Source: an uncultured Chroococcidiopsis sp.
Lineage (GTDB): Bacteria; Cyanobacteriota; Cyanobacteriia; Cyanobacteriales; Chroococcidiopsidaceae
Reading direction: 5' to 3'
Assembly (NCBI GenBank): GCA_964248365.1
Contig: CAXTYC010000003.1
Location: 96,001 to 160,000 of the forward strand
DNA: 64,000 nucleotides
Every line of letters begins with the position of its first letter. Position 1 is the first letter of the stretch. The translations under genes were made by a program, and so were the position numbers. Below, in pieces: positions 10,591 through 20,564 of this stretch. A model generated the notes under the pieces. It ran no database searches and was not told the origin of the DNA. It saw only the letters and a list, made by a program, of their open reading frames with translations.

Positions 10591-10863
10591 TAGATCATCT
10601 ACTGTTCACCAATGATGCTCGGATTGGCTATATAGTAGTTTTTACTCTCAGCTAGAGAGATTGCTTCCTCAACTACCCTCTCGGACAATAGCAATCTAGC
10701 TAATTGCGCTTGGTGTGCGATCGCCTTCACCGCTTTGAGCAAAGAATAATTAATAATTTACCGTACTTTTACCATGTAGCTTTATAATCTTTTAACTATA
10801 ACTGACTTAGGCAAGTATATTTACTGAATTTTGATAGTATGTGACATGATTTGATTTGGATGG

Positions 10864-10870
10864 GGGTAAG
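10864..10870 (+). promoter_or_regulatory. possible SigF-type promoter element GGGTAAG upstream of second pilin
   Basis: GGGTAAG about 55 bp before the pilin ATG, resembling the element reported for SigF-dependent cyanobacterial pilA promoters; the motif is short and untested. Confidence 0.4.
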
Positions 10871-10925
10871 TTACTTGTAACAAGCAAATAGAGCCACGCT
10901 TTACCCCCTCAAGGAGACTACTCTC

Positions 10926-11471
10926 ATGAAAACCGAACTGAAAGCTAAATTCCTACAACACCTGCTAAATAAGAAAAAGGAAAACGAAGGCTTTACCCTA
11001 ATTGAATTGCTCGTCGTCGTCATTATCATCGGAATTCTAGCTGCTATTGCTCTGCCAAACTTCCTCAACCAGACTGCTAAAGCTAAGCAATCAGAAGCTA
11101 AACAAAATATCGGTGTAGTCAACCGCGCTCAAACTGGATATCGGACTGAAAATTCTAGCTTTGCTAGCACCTTCGATCAGTTAGCTATTGGTTCGCTCAC
11201 AGGTAGTGCTAGCGCTAGCACTGGCAACTATTCGTATGCAATTACTGGTAATACGGATACTGCTAACATAATTGCAACAGCTAAAGACACATCCCTTAAA
11301 GGCTATATGGGTGGAAGTACTAAGTGGACTAATGGTTCCAATCAAAGCGTAATTTCTAGCGTCATATGCGAAAACAACACTCCTGGTACAACCGGTCCAT
11401 CAGGAATTAATACTACCAATACTGCTGCTCCTACTTGTCCTACTACAGGTTATACCACCTTGGGTCAATAG
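10926..11471 (+). CDS. pilA: type IV pilin (PilA-like, probable major pilin)
   Basis: G/FTLIELLVVVIIIGILAAIALP, AKQSEAK, Ser/Thr-rich body, C-terminal Cys pair. Confidence 0.93.
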   Translation: MKTELKAKFLQHLLNKKKENEGFTLIELLVVVIIIGILAAIALPNFLNQTAKAKQSEAKQNIGVVNRAQTGYRTENSSFASTFDQLAIGSLTGSASASTGNYSYAITGNTDTANIIATAKDTSLKGYMGGSTKWTNGSNQSVISSVICENNTPGTTGPSGINTTNTAAPTCPTTGYTTLGQ

Positions 11472-11573
11472 AATAGCTATATTTCTGTCTTTTTCTAAGC
11501 CTGGTGTCTACAAAAGAAAGTCCTATGAGCTAACATAAATAGTCTTTCTAGATACCTCTTAGCTAATAAATCA

Positions 11574-11613
11574 TAAAAAAATGGGTAATCTAACAAAGAT
11601 TACCCAATTTTTT
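11574..11613 (+). terminator. intrinsic terminator/attenuator between pilin and OGT
   Basis: GGGTAATCT-AACAA-AGATTACCC hairpin flanked by an A-tract and a T-tract; implies the OGT start lies downstream of 11581. Confidence 0.65.
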
Positions 11614-11634
11614 ATTAGATATCAATCTCTACCA

Positions 11635-13821
11635 ATGTTAGTTCCTCAAGAAATGAGTTTACAACACCCAGGTCAGACACTTCTCCAACAAGGTGATTAC
11701 GACCAAGCAATTAACTTTTACGAGCAAGCTGTTGAAACTGAGCCTGACATCACCAGCCACTACTGGTATCTGGGATTAGCTTATCTTCTCCAACAACAGG
11801 AAGAAACAGCCCAAGCTACCTGGGCTATAGCAATGTCTCAGGGTAGTGCTGAGGAAATAGAGCAGTGGACAGAAGAATTAAGTCAAATTCTCGATTGCGA
11901 AGCACGACGACAAGCAAATTTAAATAATACTCAAACTGCATGGCTAATTCGCCAATATCTACGGGAAATCAACCCTAGCCAAATAGATAATTTGCTGCAC
12001 CTGCTCCTACTTTCGCTGACTTTAGACTTTACTCCAGAATTACTTCAAGAGTGGCAAGTCGTAGAACTTTTAGAGGATTCACCAGGGGAAATAAACCCAG
12101 AGCTACTTTTACAAGTTGTTATACAACTAATCGAATTTCCCTTAAAAGAAACCGTAGCTTTTGTAGCAGCATCATTGCCTCATGCTCATCCACCCGATCT
12201 TTTTGTCGATCATATTCTCACTGCTGCCATTAAGGTTGCTTATCAACATCAGCAGCAAGAATTCGCCTCGAAACTAGCTGAACTTTGCCTCGACTTAATT
12301 CCAAATTATCCACCAGTCTTGCAACATTTATCTTGCTTCTACACAAACTCAGGATGTTACCAGCAAGGAATCGAAACAGCAAAAAAATACTACAACAACT
12401 GCAAAACTTTTGCATGGCAAGTTTTAGGAAATCATCTTGTCCTTCGCGCCCTTCTTAGTGCAGCCGCTTGGCAGGAAGTTGGAGAAGTTGCTCAACGTCA
12501 AAAATCGCTACTAACACAAATTATCCAAGAGTCACCTAAAGATTTTGACAAAGACAGCAATCTTGCTCTAGTAGTTTCTCCCTTTTTCTTAGCTTATCTT
12601 CAAGATAATCAGCAACAAAATCGGTGGTTTAGAAATCAAATTGGTCAACTGTTCCAAAAAAATTTGCGCTCTATTTATCCTGCTTCAGTGCAGTTAAGTT
12701 ACCCTAACTCAAAGCAAAAAACTAGACCTTTAAAAATTGGCTATATTGGCTATTCATTCCGCTCTCACTCAGTTGGTTGGTTGTGTCGTTGGTTATTCCA
12801 ATACCATAATAGAGAATCATTTTCAACCAATATTTACTGCATCAATCAAAATCTAGAAGATAAATTTACCCAAACCTGGTTTACAGATAAAGTTAACGCT
12901 ATCTATAGTTTTGGCGTTAACGATGGTTTAGCCATTGCTGAGCAAATAAGAAAAGACCAGATAGATATTTTAGTTGACCTCGACAGCATCACTTTAGACA
13001 CTACTTGTGAAGTCATAGCAATGAAGCCTGCGCCAATACAGGTTGCTTGGTTAGGTTGGGATGCTTCTGGAATTCCAGCAATTGACTATTTTATTGCCGA
13101 TCCTTATGTATTGTCAGAAGATGCTCAAGATTATTATCAAGAAACTATTTGGAGACTGCCACAAACGTATGTAGCTGTAGATGGCTTTGAAGTAGCAACA
13201 CCTACTTTACGGCGCGATAGCTTAGAAATTCCTAGTGATGCAGTTGTCTATCTTAGCGCCCAAAAAGGCTACAAACGTCACCCAGATACAATTCGTCTGC
13301 AAATGCAAGTTCTTAAGGAAGTTCCTAACAGTTACTTTCTGATCAAAGGAATAGCAGATGAGTTGGCAATCCAAGAGTCTTTTTCTCAAATAGCAGAAAA
13401 AGTAGGAGTTGATCCGGCACGATTAAGATTTCTACCTAGAGATCCCAATGAATTAGTACATCGAGCTAATTTAGCTATTGCCGATGTTGTTTTAGATACA
13501 TATCCTTTCAATGGCGCTACTACAACTTTAGAAACTTTGTGGATGGGTATTCCTTTAGTTACTAGGGTAGGACAGCAATTTGCTGCCCGTAATAGTTACG
13601 CCTTTATGATGAATGTTGGGGTAACTGAAGGTATTGCCTGGACGGATGAAGAATATGTAGAGTGGGGAATTCGGCTTGGTAAGGATGAAGCTTTGCGGTG
13701 GCAAATTATGGGAAAACTAAGAGCATCGCGGCAAACCTCACCTCTATGGAATGCTAAACAATTTACCCAACAGATGGAAAAGGCATATCAGCAAATGTGG
13801 GCAAAGTACATTACTCAGTAA
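11635..13821 (+). CDS. SPINDLY-family O-GlcNAc transferase (TPR + GT41), OgtA-like
   Basis: N-terminal TPR-like region; KIGYIGYSFRSHSVG, IDILVDLD, PAPIQVAWLG, DTYPFNGATTTLETLWMGIP; directly downstream of pilA. Start could be 11635 or 11653. Confidence 0.9.
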   Translation: MLVPQEMSLQHPGQTLLQQGDYDQAINFYEQAVETEPDITSHYWYLGLAYLLQQQEETAQATWAIAMSQGSAEEIEQWTEELSQILDCEARRQANLNNTQTAWLIRQYLREINPSQIDNLLHLLLLSLTLDFTPELLQEWQVVELLEDSPGEINPELLLQVVIQLIEFPLKETVAFVAASLPHAHPPDLFVDHILTAAIKVAYQHQQQEFASKLAELCLDLIPNYPPVLQHLSCFYTNSGCYQQGIETAKKYYNNCKTFAWQVLGNHLVLRALLSAAAWQEVGEVAQRQKSLLTQIIQESPKDFDKDSNLALVVSPFFLAYLQDNQQQNRWFRNQIGQLFQKNLRSIYPASVQLSYPNSKQKTRPLKIGYIGYSFRSHSVGWLCRWLFQYHNRESFSTNIYCINQNLEDKFTQTWFTDKVNAIYSFGVNDGLAIAEQIRKDQIDILVDLDSITLDTTCEVIAMKPAPIQVAWLGWDASGIPAIDYFIADPYVLSEDAQDYYQETIWRLPQTYVAVDGFEVATPTLRRDSLEIPSDAVVYLSAQKGYKRHPDTIRLQMQVLKEVPNSYFLIKGIADELAIQESFSQIAEKVGVDPARLRFLPRDPNELVHRANLAIADVVLDTYPFNGATTTLETLWMGIPLVTRVGQQFAARNSYAFMMNVGVTEGIAWTDEEYVEWGIRLGKDEALRWQIMGKLRASRQTSPLWNAKQFTQQMEKAYQQMWAKYITQ

Positions 13822-13830
13822 TACAGTAGA
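13728..13830 (+). repeat. direct repeat copy 1 (3' end of OGT gene)
   Basis: 103 bp, near-identical to 15148-15249. Confidence 0.92.
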
Positions 13831-13837
13831 TAATCTA

Positions 13838-13888
13838 GTAGGGTGGGCATTGCCCACCATTATCAGAAAGAGTGGGCATGGGTGGCAA
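13838..13888. repeat. REP-like repeat (GTAGGGTGGGCATTGCCCACC family)
   Basis: Seen directly, just inside the duplicated OGT end. Confidence 0.8.
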
Positions 13889-13999
13889 ACTAGAAATTTC
13901 ACTACAGACAGATGTGGCAAAGATATGTCGAAGGCAATGTATAGAACCATTCCTTTATGATGATCTTAGAATCCACCAAGTAAGTTAGAAAATGCCTAT

Positions 14000-14245
14000 A
14001 TGAGCTTAGTTATTCCCGATGATATTCTTCAAGCAACTGGACTCTCAGAAGCCGAGTTAATGCAAGAACTTGCAATTGTGCTTTTCCAGAAAGAGAAATT
14101 AACTCTTGGACAGGCTAGCCAACTCGCCCAAATGCCTCAACTTCAGTTCCAGCACTTACTGGCTAGCCGTCAAATCCCTATTCATTACGACATTGCTGAG
14201 TTTGAAGCAGATCTCAAAACCTTGCAAGAATTAGGTAGATTGTGA
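14000..14245 (+). CDS. UPF0175-family small HTH protein (predicted antitoxin)
   Basis: ELAIVLFQKEKLTLGQASQLAQM...FQHLLASRQIPIHYD..EFEADL. Confidence 0.85.
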   Translation: MSLVIPDDILQATGLSEAELMQELAIVLFQKEKLTLGQASQLAQMPQLQFQHLLASRQIPIHYDIAEFEADLKTLQELGRL

Positions 14246-14318
14246 GTAGAGAGATATTTGTATAGACGAAGTTTAAAAATATATTAAAGTCAAGAGATCA
14301 ACTACATATCTATCTCTA

Positions 14319-14666
14319 ATGGAGTCACCAGAAGATTTCATTCGTGCCATACAAACTGCCTTGGAAAGCGGTGATTATGGAACAGCACAGCAGCTTTCAA
14401 TCCAAGCTGTTAAGCACTACCCTAAGCAAGAGGAACTACTGAAATACGCCTATATTCTCGCACCACCGAAGGTAACTGTGGATAAGCGCCCGCCTGACCG
14501 AGATACACAGGTGAATCAAGACTGGGTGAGACAACACCGGAATCAATACCGGAGTCAGTGGGTTGCACTCCGCAATGGTCAGCTGTTAGCTTCAGCAAGT
14601 TCGATTAATGAGTTGATCGAGCAACTGAGCGATAAAAAAGGTGTATTTCTAACTGCAATTTACTGA
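14319..14666 (+). CDS. DUF5678-like protein
   Basis: C-terminal WVRQHRNQYRSQWVALRNGQLLAS motif; coupled to downstream protease-like gene. Confidence 0.65.
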   Translation: MESPEDFIRAIQTALESGDYGTAQQLSIQAVKHYPKQEELLKYAYILAPPKVTVDKRPPDRDTQVNQDWVRQHRNQYRSQWVALRNGQLLASASSINELIEQLSDKKGVFLTAIY

Positions 14667-15256
14667 TGTTACGGCAATTCCCAAACGGGGATTCTTTCGC
14701 AACGGGTGCGATTCGTTATGATTACCGTCCTGTGAGTGCAGTTGAAACTACGAATCGGCTCATCTTACCAGTGGAAATAGAAGGGATTCTAACTGAAATG
14801 GTAGTTGATACAGGTGCGCCATACGTAATTTGTGCGCCAGCAATTGCTCGACTTGCAGGCTTTGATCGCGCCTATGCCCTCGACAGAATGAGAATGCTGA
14901 TTAGAGGGATGCAACTAGAAGGAAGTTTAACTCGTTTAAGTATAAAACTTCTGGCGAGAGAAGGTGACGATCTCACTGTAGATGCTACTGTTTTTGTTCC
15001 TGATGTAGAGGAGTATTGGGGTAATTTTCCATCTTTCATTGGTTTAACCGGATTTCTAGAAAGAATCCGGTTTGCTATCGATCCATTGACTGACACTCTT
15101 TACTTTGGTACACTTCCGTTAACGTGCCTAAACTTCAAAATCAAAATGCGGCAAACCTCACCTCTATGGAATGCTAAACAATTTACCCAAGAGATGGAAA
15201 AGCATATCAGCAAATGTGGGCAAAGTACATTACTCAGTAATACAGTAGAGGAGTAG
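14666..15256 (+). CDS. retropepsin-like aspartyl protease; C-terminal ~35 aa derive from the duplicated OGT end
   Basis: VVDTGA catalytic motif, FIGLTGFLERIRFAID; tail RQTSPLWNAKQFTQ is identical to the OGT C-terminus. Confidence 0.7.
   Translation: MLRQFPNGDSFATGAIRYDYRPVSAVETTNRLILPVEIEGILTEMVVDTGAPYVICAPAIARLAGFDRAYALDRMRMLIRGMQLEGSLTRLSIKLLAREGDDLTVDATVFVPDVEEYWGNFPSFIGLTGFLERIRFAIDPLTDTLYFGTLPLTCLNFKIKMRQTSPLWNAKQFTQEMEKHISKCGQSTLLSNTVEE
15148..15249 (+). repeat. direct repeat copy 2 (duplicated OGT 3' end)
   Basis: 102 bp; differs from 13728-13830 by one substitution and one deleted G. Confidence 0.92.
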
Positions 15257-15295
15257 GATCTACTGCTCCTCTAAAGTAGGATAAATCTAAAAGCC

Positions 15296-17080
15296 TTACT
15301 CCATTAAAATTTCAATAGAATTATTTTCCCAACGAACTGGAAAGCGTTCGGAAACTTCGAGAGTAAAAGTATCAATATTAGTTCCACAAGCAATCAGTTT
15401 ACCATCAGGGGCTTCTACGAAACTTGTTCCATATAAACCTATATCTTTACTACCTTTTACTACAGGCATAGGTGAAGAAGGGAGAAAAGTCCCTGTAATA
15501 TTATCAGAAATATACCAATACAGTGATGAGTGTGTAATTTGCCCATTACCAATTTGTTGAACCCACTTTGGATTAATAAATTCAGTTGCAGCCGAAAAGA
15601 ATAGGTGATACTTGCCGCCTCTATAAATTACTTGCGGTCTTTCCATTTCATAATATATTCCTTCGTTTGTTCCTGGTACTAAAGGATAGGTGACTGGAGG
15701 TAATACTTTATAAAAACCGTCAATTTTATCAGAAACAGCCAAGCCAACGCACCCTCTAAATGTAGGGTGTTCCCCTGGACAACTAGCAGTTATAAATAAG
15801 TAGTACAGTTTAGTTTTAGGATCTTTAAAAATGTAAGGATCTCGCCACCCGTTATGTTTTTTCACACCATCACGAAGGCTAGAGCAGTAAAATTGAGTAT
15901 CTAACTTTAAAAATTCTTCGGCGCAGGGTTCCCAGGTTATACCATCTGTAGAAGTGGCAAGACCTATGCTTTCATCAAAAATTGATGGTTCTGGAGGAGA
16001 TGCTGAATAAAAGAGGTAGTAAACACCATTTTCTTTGTAAACACTACCTGACAGTATCCTTCCACTTTGCCACTTATGGGCGGGATCTGGTTGAAGTGCA
16101 ACTCCAAGATATTCCCATTGCTTTAAATCAGCTGATATCGCAGCGCCTAGCTTACCTACACTCCAAAAGGGATTTGCCCTACTATCTCCCATTAAATAAA
16201 AAAGACGATATAGATCGTTATCCTTAAAGACAATAGCATCCCAAATCTTGTATCCTTCACCTACCGCTGGTGCATAACCAGATTTTTCGCACTTGGTAAA
16301 ATCCTCAATTGCACGCAATGCCCTAGTAAAATCTGGCTTAATTACAATTGCTTCTCGTAGCTTGCTTATTGCTGCATCCAACTCACCCTTATTCTGAAGA
16401 CACATTGCCATGCAGTAGTGCGCTTCAGCTAAGCTTGGCTTAAGTTCTATTGCTGTTTCTAAGTGCGCTATGGCTTCCTCTATCTGCCCTTTATCTTGAA
16501 GACAAACTGCTATATTACAATATGCTTCAGCTAGGTTTGGATTAAGTTTTACTGCTTTTTGTAAGTAAACTATCGCTTGCTCTAACTCACCTCTAAATCT
16601 ATCTCTAAGTAAAGCCCCTAGAGAAGAATATGCGTTAGCAAAGCTAGGATTTATTTCTATTGCTCTTTTAAAATAATTAACTGCTTCATCAAGTTTATTT
16701 GTGTTTTTGAGATAAATTCCTATCAAGTAATATGATTCATAATGTTCTGGTGCTAGTTCCAAAATTTGGAGACAAATACTCTCCGCTGCTGCTAAATTTT
16801 TTAACTGAATTTGTCTAATAAATGCCTCTTTCAGAATCTGAACTAATTCTGCAAGCCATTCATCATTTTCTTCAGGGCTTGCTTGCATTAAAACTGATAA
16901 CCAAACAGCCTTGGCTGCGATTTCATCTCCTTGAAGCAGCGTTGCTAGACCTAGATGCCAATAGTTAGCTAGATCGTAAGGATTAGTATCAATGAATTGT
17001 TCATAAATAGCTATTGCTTCACTATATTCACCCTGATGTATGCTTTCAACTGCTTGTTGTTCTAATTCAACTGTATTCAT
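15296..17080 (-). CDS. TPR protein fused to GH32/GH68 (clan GH-J) beta-propeller glycoside hydrolase
   Basis: N-terminal TPRs; C-terminal IWD, LSGS, WRDPY and EMERPQV motifs match clan GH-J catalytic residues. Confidence 0.8.
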   Translation of the reverse strand: MNTVELEQQAVESIHQGEYSEAIAIYEQFIDTNPYDLANYWHLGLATLLQGDEIAAKAVWLSVLMQASPEENDEWLAELVQILKEAFIRQIQLKNLAAAESICLQILELAPEHYESYYLIGIYLKNTNKLDEAVNYFKRAIEINPSFANAYSSLGALLRDRFRGELEQAIVYLQKAVKLNPNLAEAYCNIAVCLQDKGQIEEAIAHLETAIELKPSLAEAHYCMAMCLQNKGELDAAISKLREAIVIKPDFTRALRAIEDFTKCEKSGYAPAVGEGYKIWDAIVFKDNDLYRLFYLMGDSRANPFWSVGKLGAAISADLKQWEYLGVALQPDPAHKWQSGRILSGSVYKENGVYYLFYSASPPEPSIFDESIGLATSTDGITWEPCAEEFLKLDTQFYCSSLRDGVKKHNGWRDPYIFKDPKTKLYYLFITASCPGEHPTFRGCVGLAVSDKIDGFYKVLPPVTYPLVPGTNEGIYYEMERPQVIYRGGKYHLFFSAATEFINPKWVQQIGNGQITHSSLYWYISDNITGTFLPSSPMPVVKGSKDIGLYGTSFVEAPDGKLIACGTNIDTFTLEVSERFPVRWENNSIEILME

Positions 17081-17243
17081 ATAATTTACCTAGGTTTTTT
17101 AGACTAATGAATTACAAATTATAGGATAGATAGTAAATCCTACCGTTGACGAAGTTAGAAAGCTAAAAATACTCCTGAACGGTAGTGTTAGTCGAGCAAA
17201 GCCTTTAAACCGCGTAGCAATTACGTAGCTACCTCGTTTAAAA

Positions 17244-20200
17244 TCAGTCTAGTTCGCTGAGGCTGTAAGGTTGATAGGCTTGAATTTCTGCTTTCAAAGC
17301 AGCGATCGCGTCTAGATCTTCATTTTCTAAGATAATCCGAGCGTGAATGTGGGGCAACAAAATTTGCCATTGCATTTCACTTAGTTGTCCAGTCGGAGCA
17401 ATTTCTATACTATCTGTGACATCTAATTCTGCTTCTAGAAGCAGGTTCATAGCTACATCAGATACAAAAAAATTTACCTCATCCTCAGAAAGATTACCGC
17501 TACTTACCAGTAATGTAATTTGACGATTGGGATGATTTACCAAGTTTGTAAGGACGTTTGCTATCTCCTGATAAAGGTTTTCTTCTGGCTGGCTCCAGTC
17601 AGGGAAAATAATCAAGTTAGTCTCTCTTAACTTGAGATTTTCTGTCAGAGTGCTTTCTTGATGCTTACGAAATAGATCTTGAAATAATACTCCCATTTGA
17701 GCAGAATAAGAGCGACTATCTAAGAAGCTAGGGTTAGCCTGCATTCTTTGCTTAATTTGGTTGCTCTTTTGTTGGCGTAAATCAGGATTAGTGCCAAGTG
17801 CGATCGCCAGTTTAATGTATGACTCTTCGTTCTCTACAATTAAATCGGTTATTTGTAGTTCTCGCAAAAGCGCTGCTCCTTGCCTAGAACGCAAAGATTC
17901 ACCGTCCATTATTACTGTAGGTAAACCAACTTCTAGCGGGTCAAGCGTGGAGTGAGAGCCAGAGTAAGGATAAGAGTCTAAATAAACATCACCTAACTTT
18001 AGGTATTCTTTGACATCCGAACGATTGGGCAAATTCTTTAATATAATCACCCGTTCTTTTCCAATGTTGTAACTAGCGAAAATTTCCTGCATGCTAAATT
18101 TAAAAGCATTTTCTGCATAGGAAATGTCCCAACTTGAACTAAACGGATACAAAATCAGAACAGAGTTAGGTACAGATGCGATAATCTTTGCCCAAGTTTC
18201 TCTTAACTCTGGAATAATCTTATAACAGTTAGCACCAGATATAAATATAATCGATTTATCTTCTATACCTAAACTTTGCCGAGTTGGTTTAGCTGTAGCC
18301 GCTGGTTGCTGACCGTAATTGAAACAGTAGCCAGTCCCATCAATAGTTATTAACTGTTCGCAGTAGTGGTTTTGAGCATTTTGAACAGGTTCTGTCAATT
18401 TTCCAGAGATATAGTAATCAATATTGCGGATTCCTGTTGTGACTGGTGAAGAAAAACAAGTAACCTGTACACGGGCAAGCCGATGCATTGCTAGTAAAGT
18501 AATGGTGTTAGTAATAGCAGATACATTAGTGCCAATCAGCATAATATCTAGATCGTCAGCACGTATAGTTTGTACCTGGCTAGATAGATCGCCAGGAAGT
18601 TGAACTAACTTATCAGCACGACTTTGGCAATAATGTTCTAGTGAATTACCATTCAGTTGAATAGCATACAAGAAGATTTCAAATTTATTCCTATCTAAAT
18701 ACTCAAATGCAGGAATTGTAGAAAAAGTTTCTGTACAGGAATTAAAATGATTACAAATAACTCCCAAACGAATTTTATTGGTATTTGCGGATTGCTGAAA
18801 AAAACTATAATCTATTTCATGATCTAATATCTTCAAAGCCAATTCTATGATTTGAGCGCGTTTTTTGTAGATTTTACTTAAATTCGCTTTAGTAAAATAC
18901 AGAGGAGTAAAGTTAGCATTTTGGCTGAATTTTAAAGCTATGTCCTGCCAAAAGTTTGAGTCTATATTACTAAATATACCAGTATGCACATAATCTAACC
19001 AGTGCTGTATATAGTAATAATACCTTTCTATCTCTCCCTTTTCTTGAATCAATTTCGGAGATTCAAAAACGAATTGTAGATAGCCATCCAGAAGCCATTT
19101 AGGAATCTTGTTGATATCGTACGGCAACAGTAACTGATCGGCACGTAGGTACAACATTATAGCCAATAGATAATTAATAGCGTTGGGAGCGCCGATTCCG
19201 TTAAAAATATGTAATGATATATCATTTACAAAATTTCTTTCTTCAGCCGGAATGACTTCTGCTTTAATACCACTTTTTAGCAACATTCTGTGCAACTTAC
19301 CCAAATTACCTGTATATGCACTTTTCAGTTGTTCTATTGGTAAGTTAAGCCACTCATTGGCAACTTGCTGCCGAGTTATTGGTAATTCTGATGAAATATA
19401 TTCATTGACTTGCAATAAAATTTTCTCAACAACTTCTACAGTGTCCTTTATCATCCGTTCTTCTCGGAAAAATTCTTCCGCTCGCTGTTTGCAAGCTTGA
19501 CCAATTAAGTGACGCAATTGTGAATTCACAGACCAAGCTTGAATCGTTGTTACCAACTCTCTAACTGTGGCTTTTGGGTCTATTTGTGGGGAAAAAAGCA
19601 ACTTTCCTGCATCGCCCAATTCTTCTGGTATACCGCTTACAGCGGAGGCAATTACTGGTAATCCCTTTGCCATTGCCTCCATAACACATAAGGGCATTCC
19701 TTCTGATTCCGAAGGCAAAATAAAAATGTCGCTAGCATCAAGCCAATCTGGAATGTCCCACCGTTGCCCCAAAAGCTTGACTTGGTTGCTTACTTCTAGT
19801 TGCTCAATCATCTGTTTGAGTTGTATTTCTAAATTGCCAACACCTGCCCAGACAAAATAAAGTTGATGCCATACATCGCATTGCTTAAGTTGCTTAATGG
19901 CTTCTAACTGATACTGGTAGCCCTTAACAAGCTCTAAGCGAGCAGCTGTGAAACAAACGACAGCATTTGCAGGAATACTAAATTCCTGGCGCAAGCGTTC
20001 ACGAACTGATAACGCAGGAGGGGTAAAAAACTTTGCAGACCTTCCGTAATAAATAACTTGTCCTTTGTTCTTAGGGAGTCTAAATAGTTCATGTAATAGT
20101 GCTAAATTTTCATTTGACACTGCGATAACTGTTTGCGCTTGAATATATTGGCTTGATAATTCATCTAAGAAGACAGCAAAGCGCTTGGCTAGGTAAGGTG

Positions 20201-20564
20201 CAACAAAACCAACAACAGTTATATAGGGTATTCTTTGCTGAATAGCAACCTGCTTAGCTGCAAAATTTGATAAGGGGCAACAGTCACTAAAAATAATTAG
20301 GTCAGGTTTAGAATTGGTTAAAATACTTTGGGCATCAGCTTGATTAAATAAAGTCCGCTCAAAATCGTTTACAGTGTTAAATTCAAGCCAGATATGTCTA
20401 ACACTAAGAGCTTTTTGAAGACTTATTAATGGGCTATTAATCTTACTTTGTACGCAGGAAACTTGATAGCCCGAAGCTGCTAAGCCGCAGAGAATTGCAT
20501 GGTTGTATTGCGCGACTCCACCCGTTACTGGATCGTCTGTATAAAGTAATAGATGTTTAGTCAT
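17244..20564 (-). CDS. GT4 glycosyltransferase fused to SPINDLY/GT41 domain plus conserved C-terminal domain
   Basis: GT4 ARLELVKG and SESEGMPLCVMEAMAKGLPVI; GT41 DLDIMLIG, RLARVQV, DSYPYSG; C-terminal NLIIFPDWSQ domain. Confidence 0.85.
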   Translation of the reverse strand: MTKHLLLYTDDPVTGGVAQYNHAILCGLAASGYQVSCVQSKINSPLISLQKALSVRHIWLEFNTVNDFERTLFNQADAQSILTNSKPDLIIFSDCCPLSNFAAKQVAIQQRIPYITVVGFVAPYLAKRFAVFLDELSSQYIQAQTVIAVSNENLALLHELFRLPKNKGQVIYYGRSAKFFTPPALSVRERLRQEFSIPANAVVCFTAARLELVKGYQYQLEAIKQLKQCDVWHQLYFVWAGVGNLEIQLKQMIEQLEVSNQVKLLGQRWDIPDWLDASDIFILPSESEGMPLCVMEAMAKGLPVIASAVSGIPEELGDAGKLLFSPQIDPKATVRELVTTIQAWSVNSQLRHLIGQACKQRAEEFFREERMIKDTVEVVEKILLQVNEYISSELPITRQQVANEWLNLPIEQLKSAYTGNLGKLHRMLLKSGIKAEVIPAEERNFVNDISLHIFNGIGAPNAINYLLAIMLYLRADQLLLPYDINKIPKWLLDGYLQFVFESPKLIQEKGEIERYYYYIQHWLDYVHTGIFSNIDSNFWQDIALKFSQNANFTPLYFTKANLSKIYKKRAQIIELALKILDHEIDYSFFQQSANTNKIRLGVICNHFNSCTETFSTIPAFEYLDRNKFEIFLYAIQLNGNSLEHYCQSRADKLVQLPGDLSSQVQTIRADDLDIMLIGTNVSAITNTITLLAMHRLARVQVTCFSSPVTTGIRNIDYYISGKLTEPVQNAQNHYCEQLITIDGTGYCFNYGQQPAATAKPTRQSLGIEDKSIIFISGANCYKIIPELRETWAKIIASVPNSVLILYPFSSSWDISYAENAFKFSMQEIFASYNIGKERVIILKNLPNRSDVKEYLKLGDVYLDSYPYSGSHSTLDPLEVGLPTVIMDGESLRSRQGAALLRELQITDLIVENEESYIKLAIALGTNPDLRQQKSNQIKQRMQANPSFLDSRSYSAQMGVLFQDLFRKHQESTLTENLKLRETNLIIFPDWSQPEENLYQEIANVLTNLVNHPNRQITLLVSSGNLSEDEVNFFVSDVAMNLLLEAELDVTDSIEIAPTGQLSEMQWQILLPHIHARIILENEDLDAIAALKAEIQAYQPYSLSELD

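Noticed and set aside
11581..11634. ORF-track start of OGT at 11581
   Set aside because: It overlaps a terminator-like hairpin; a downstream ATG is more plausible.
13751..13960. 69-aa ORF sharing sequence with the protease tail
   Set aside because: It is an alternative frame of the duplicated OGT end plus REP DNA, not a gene.
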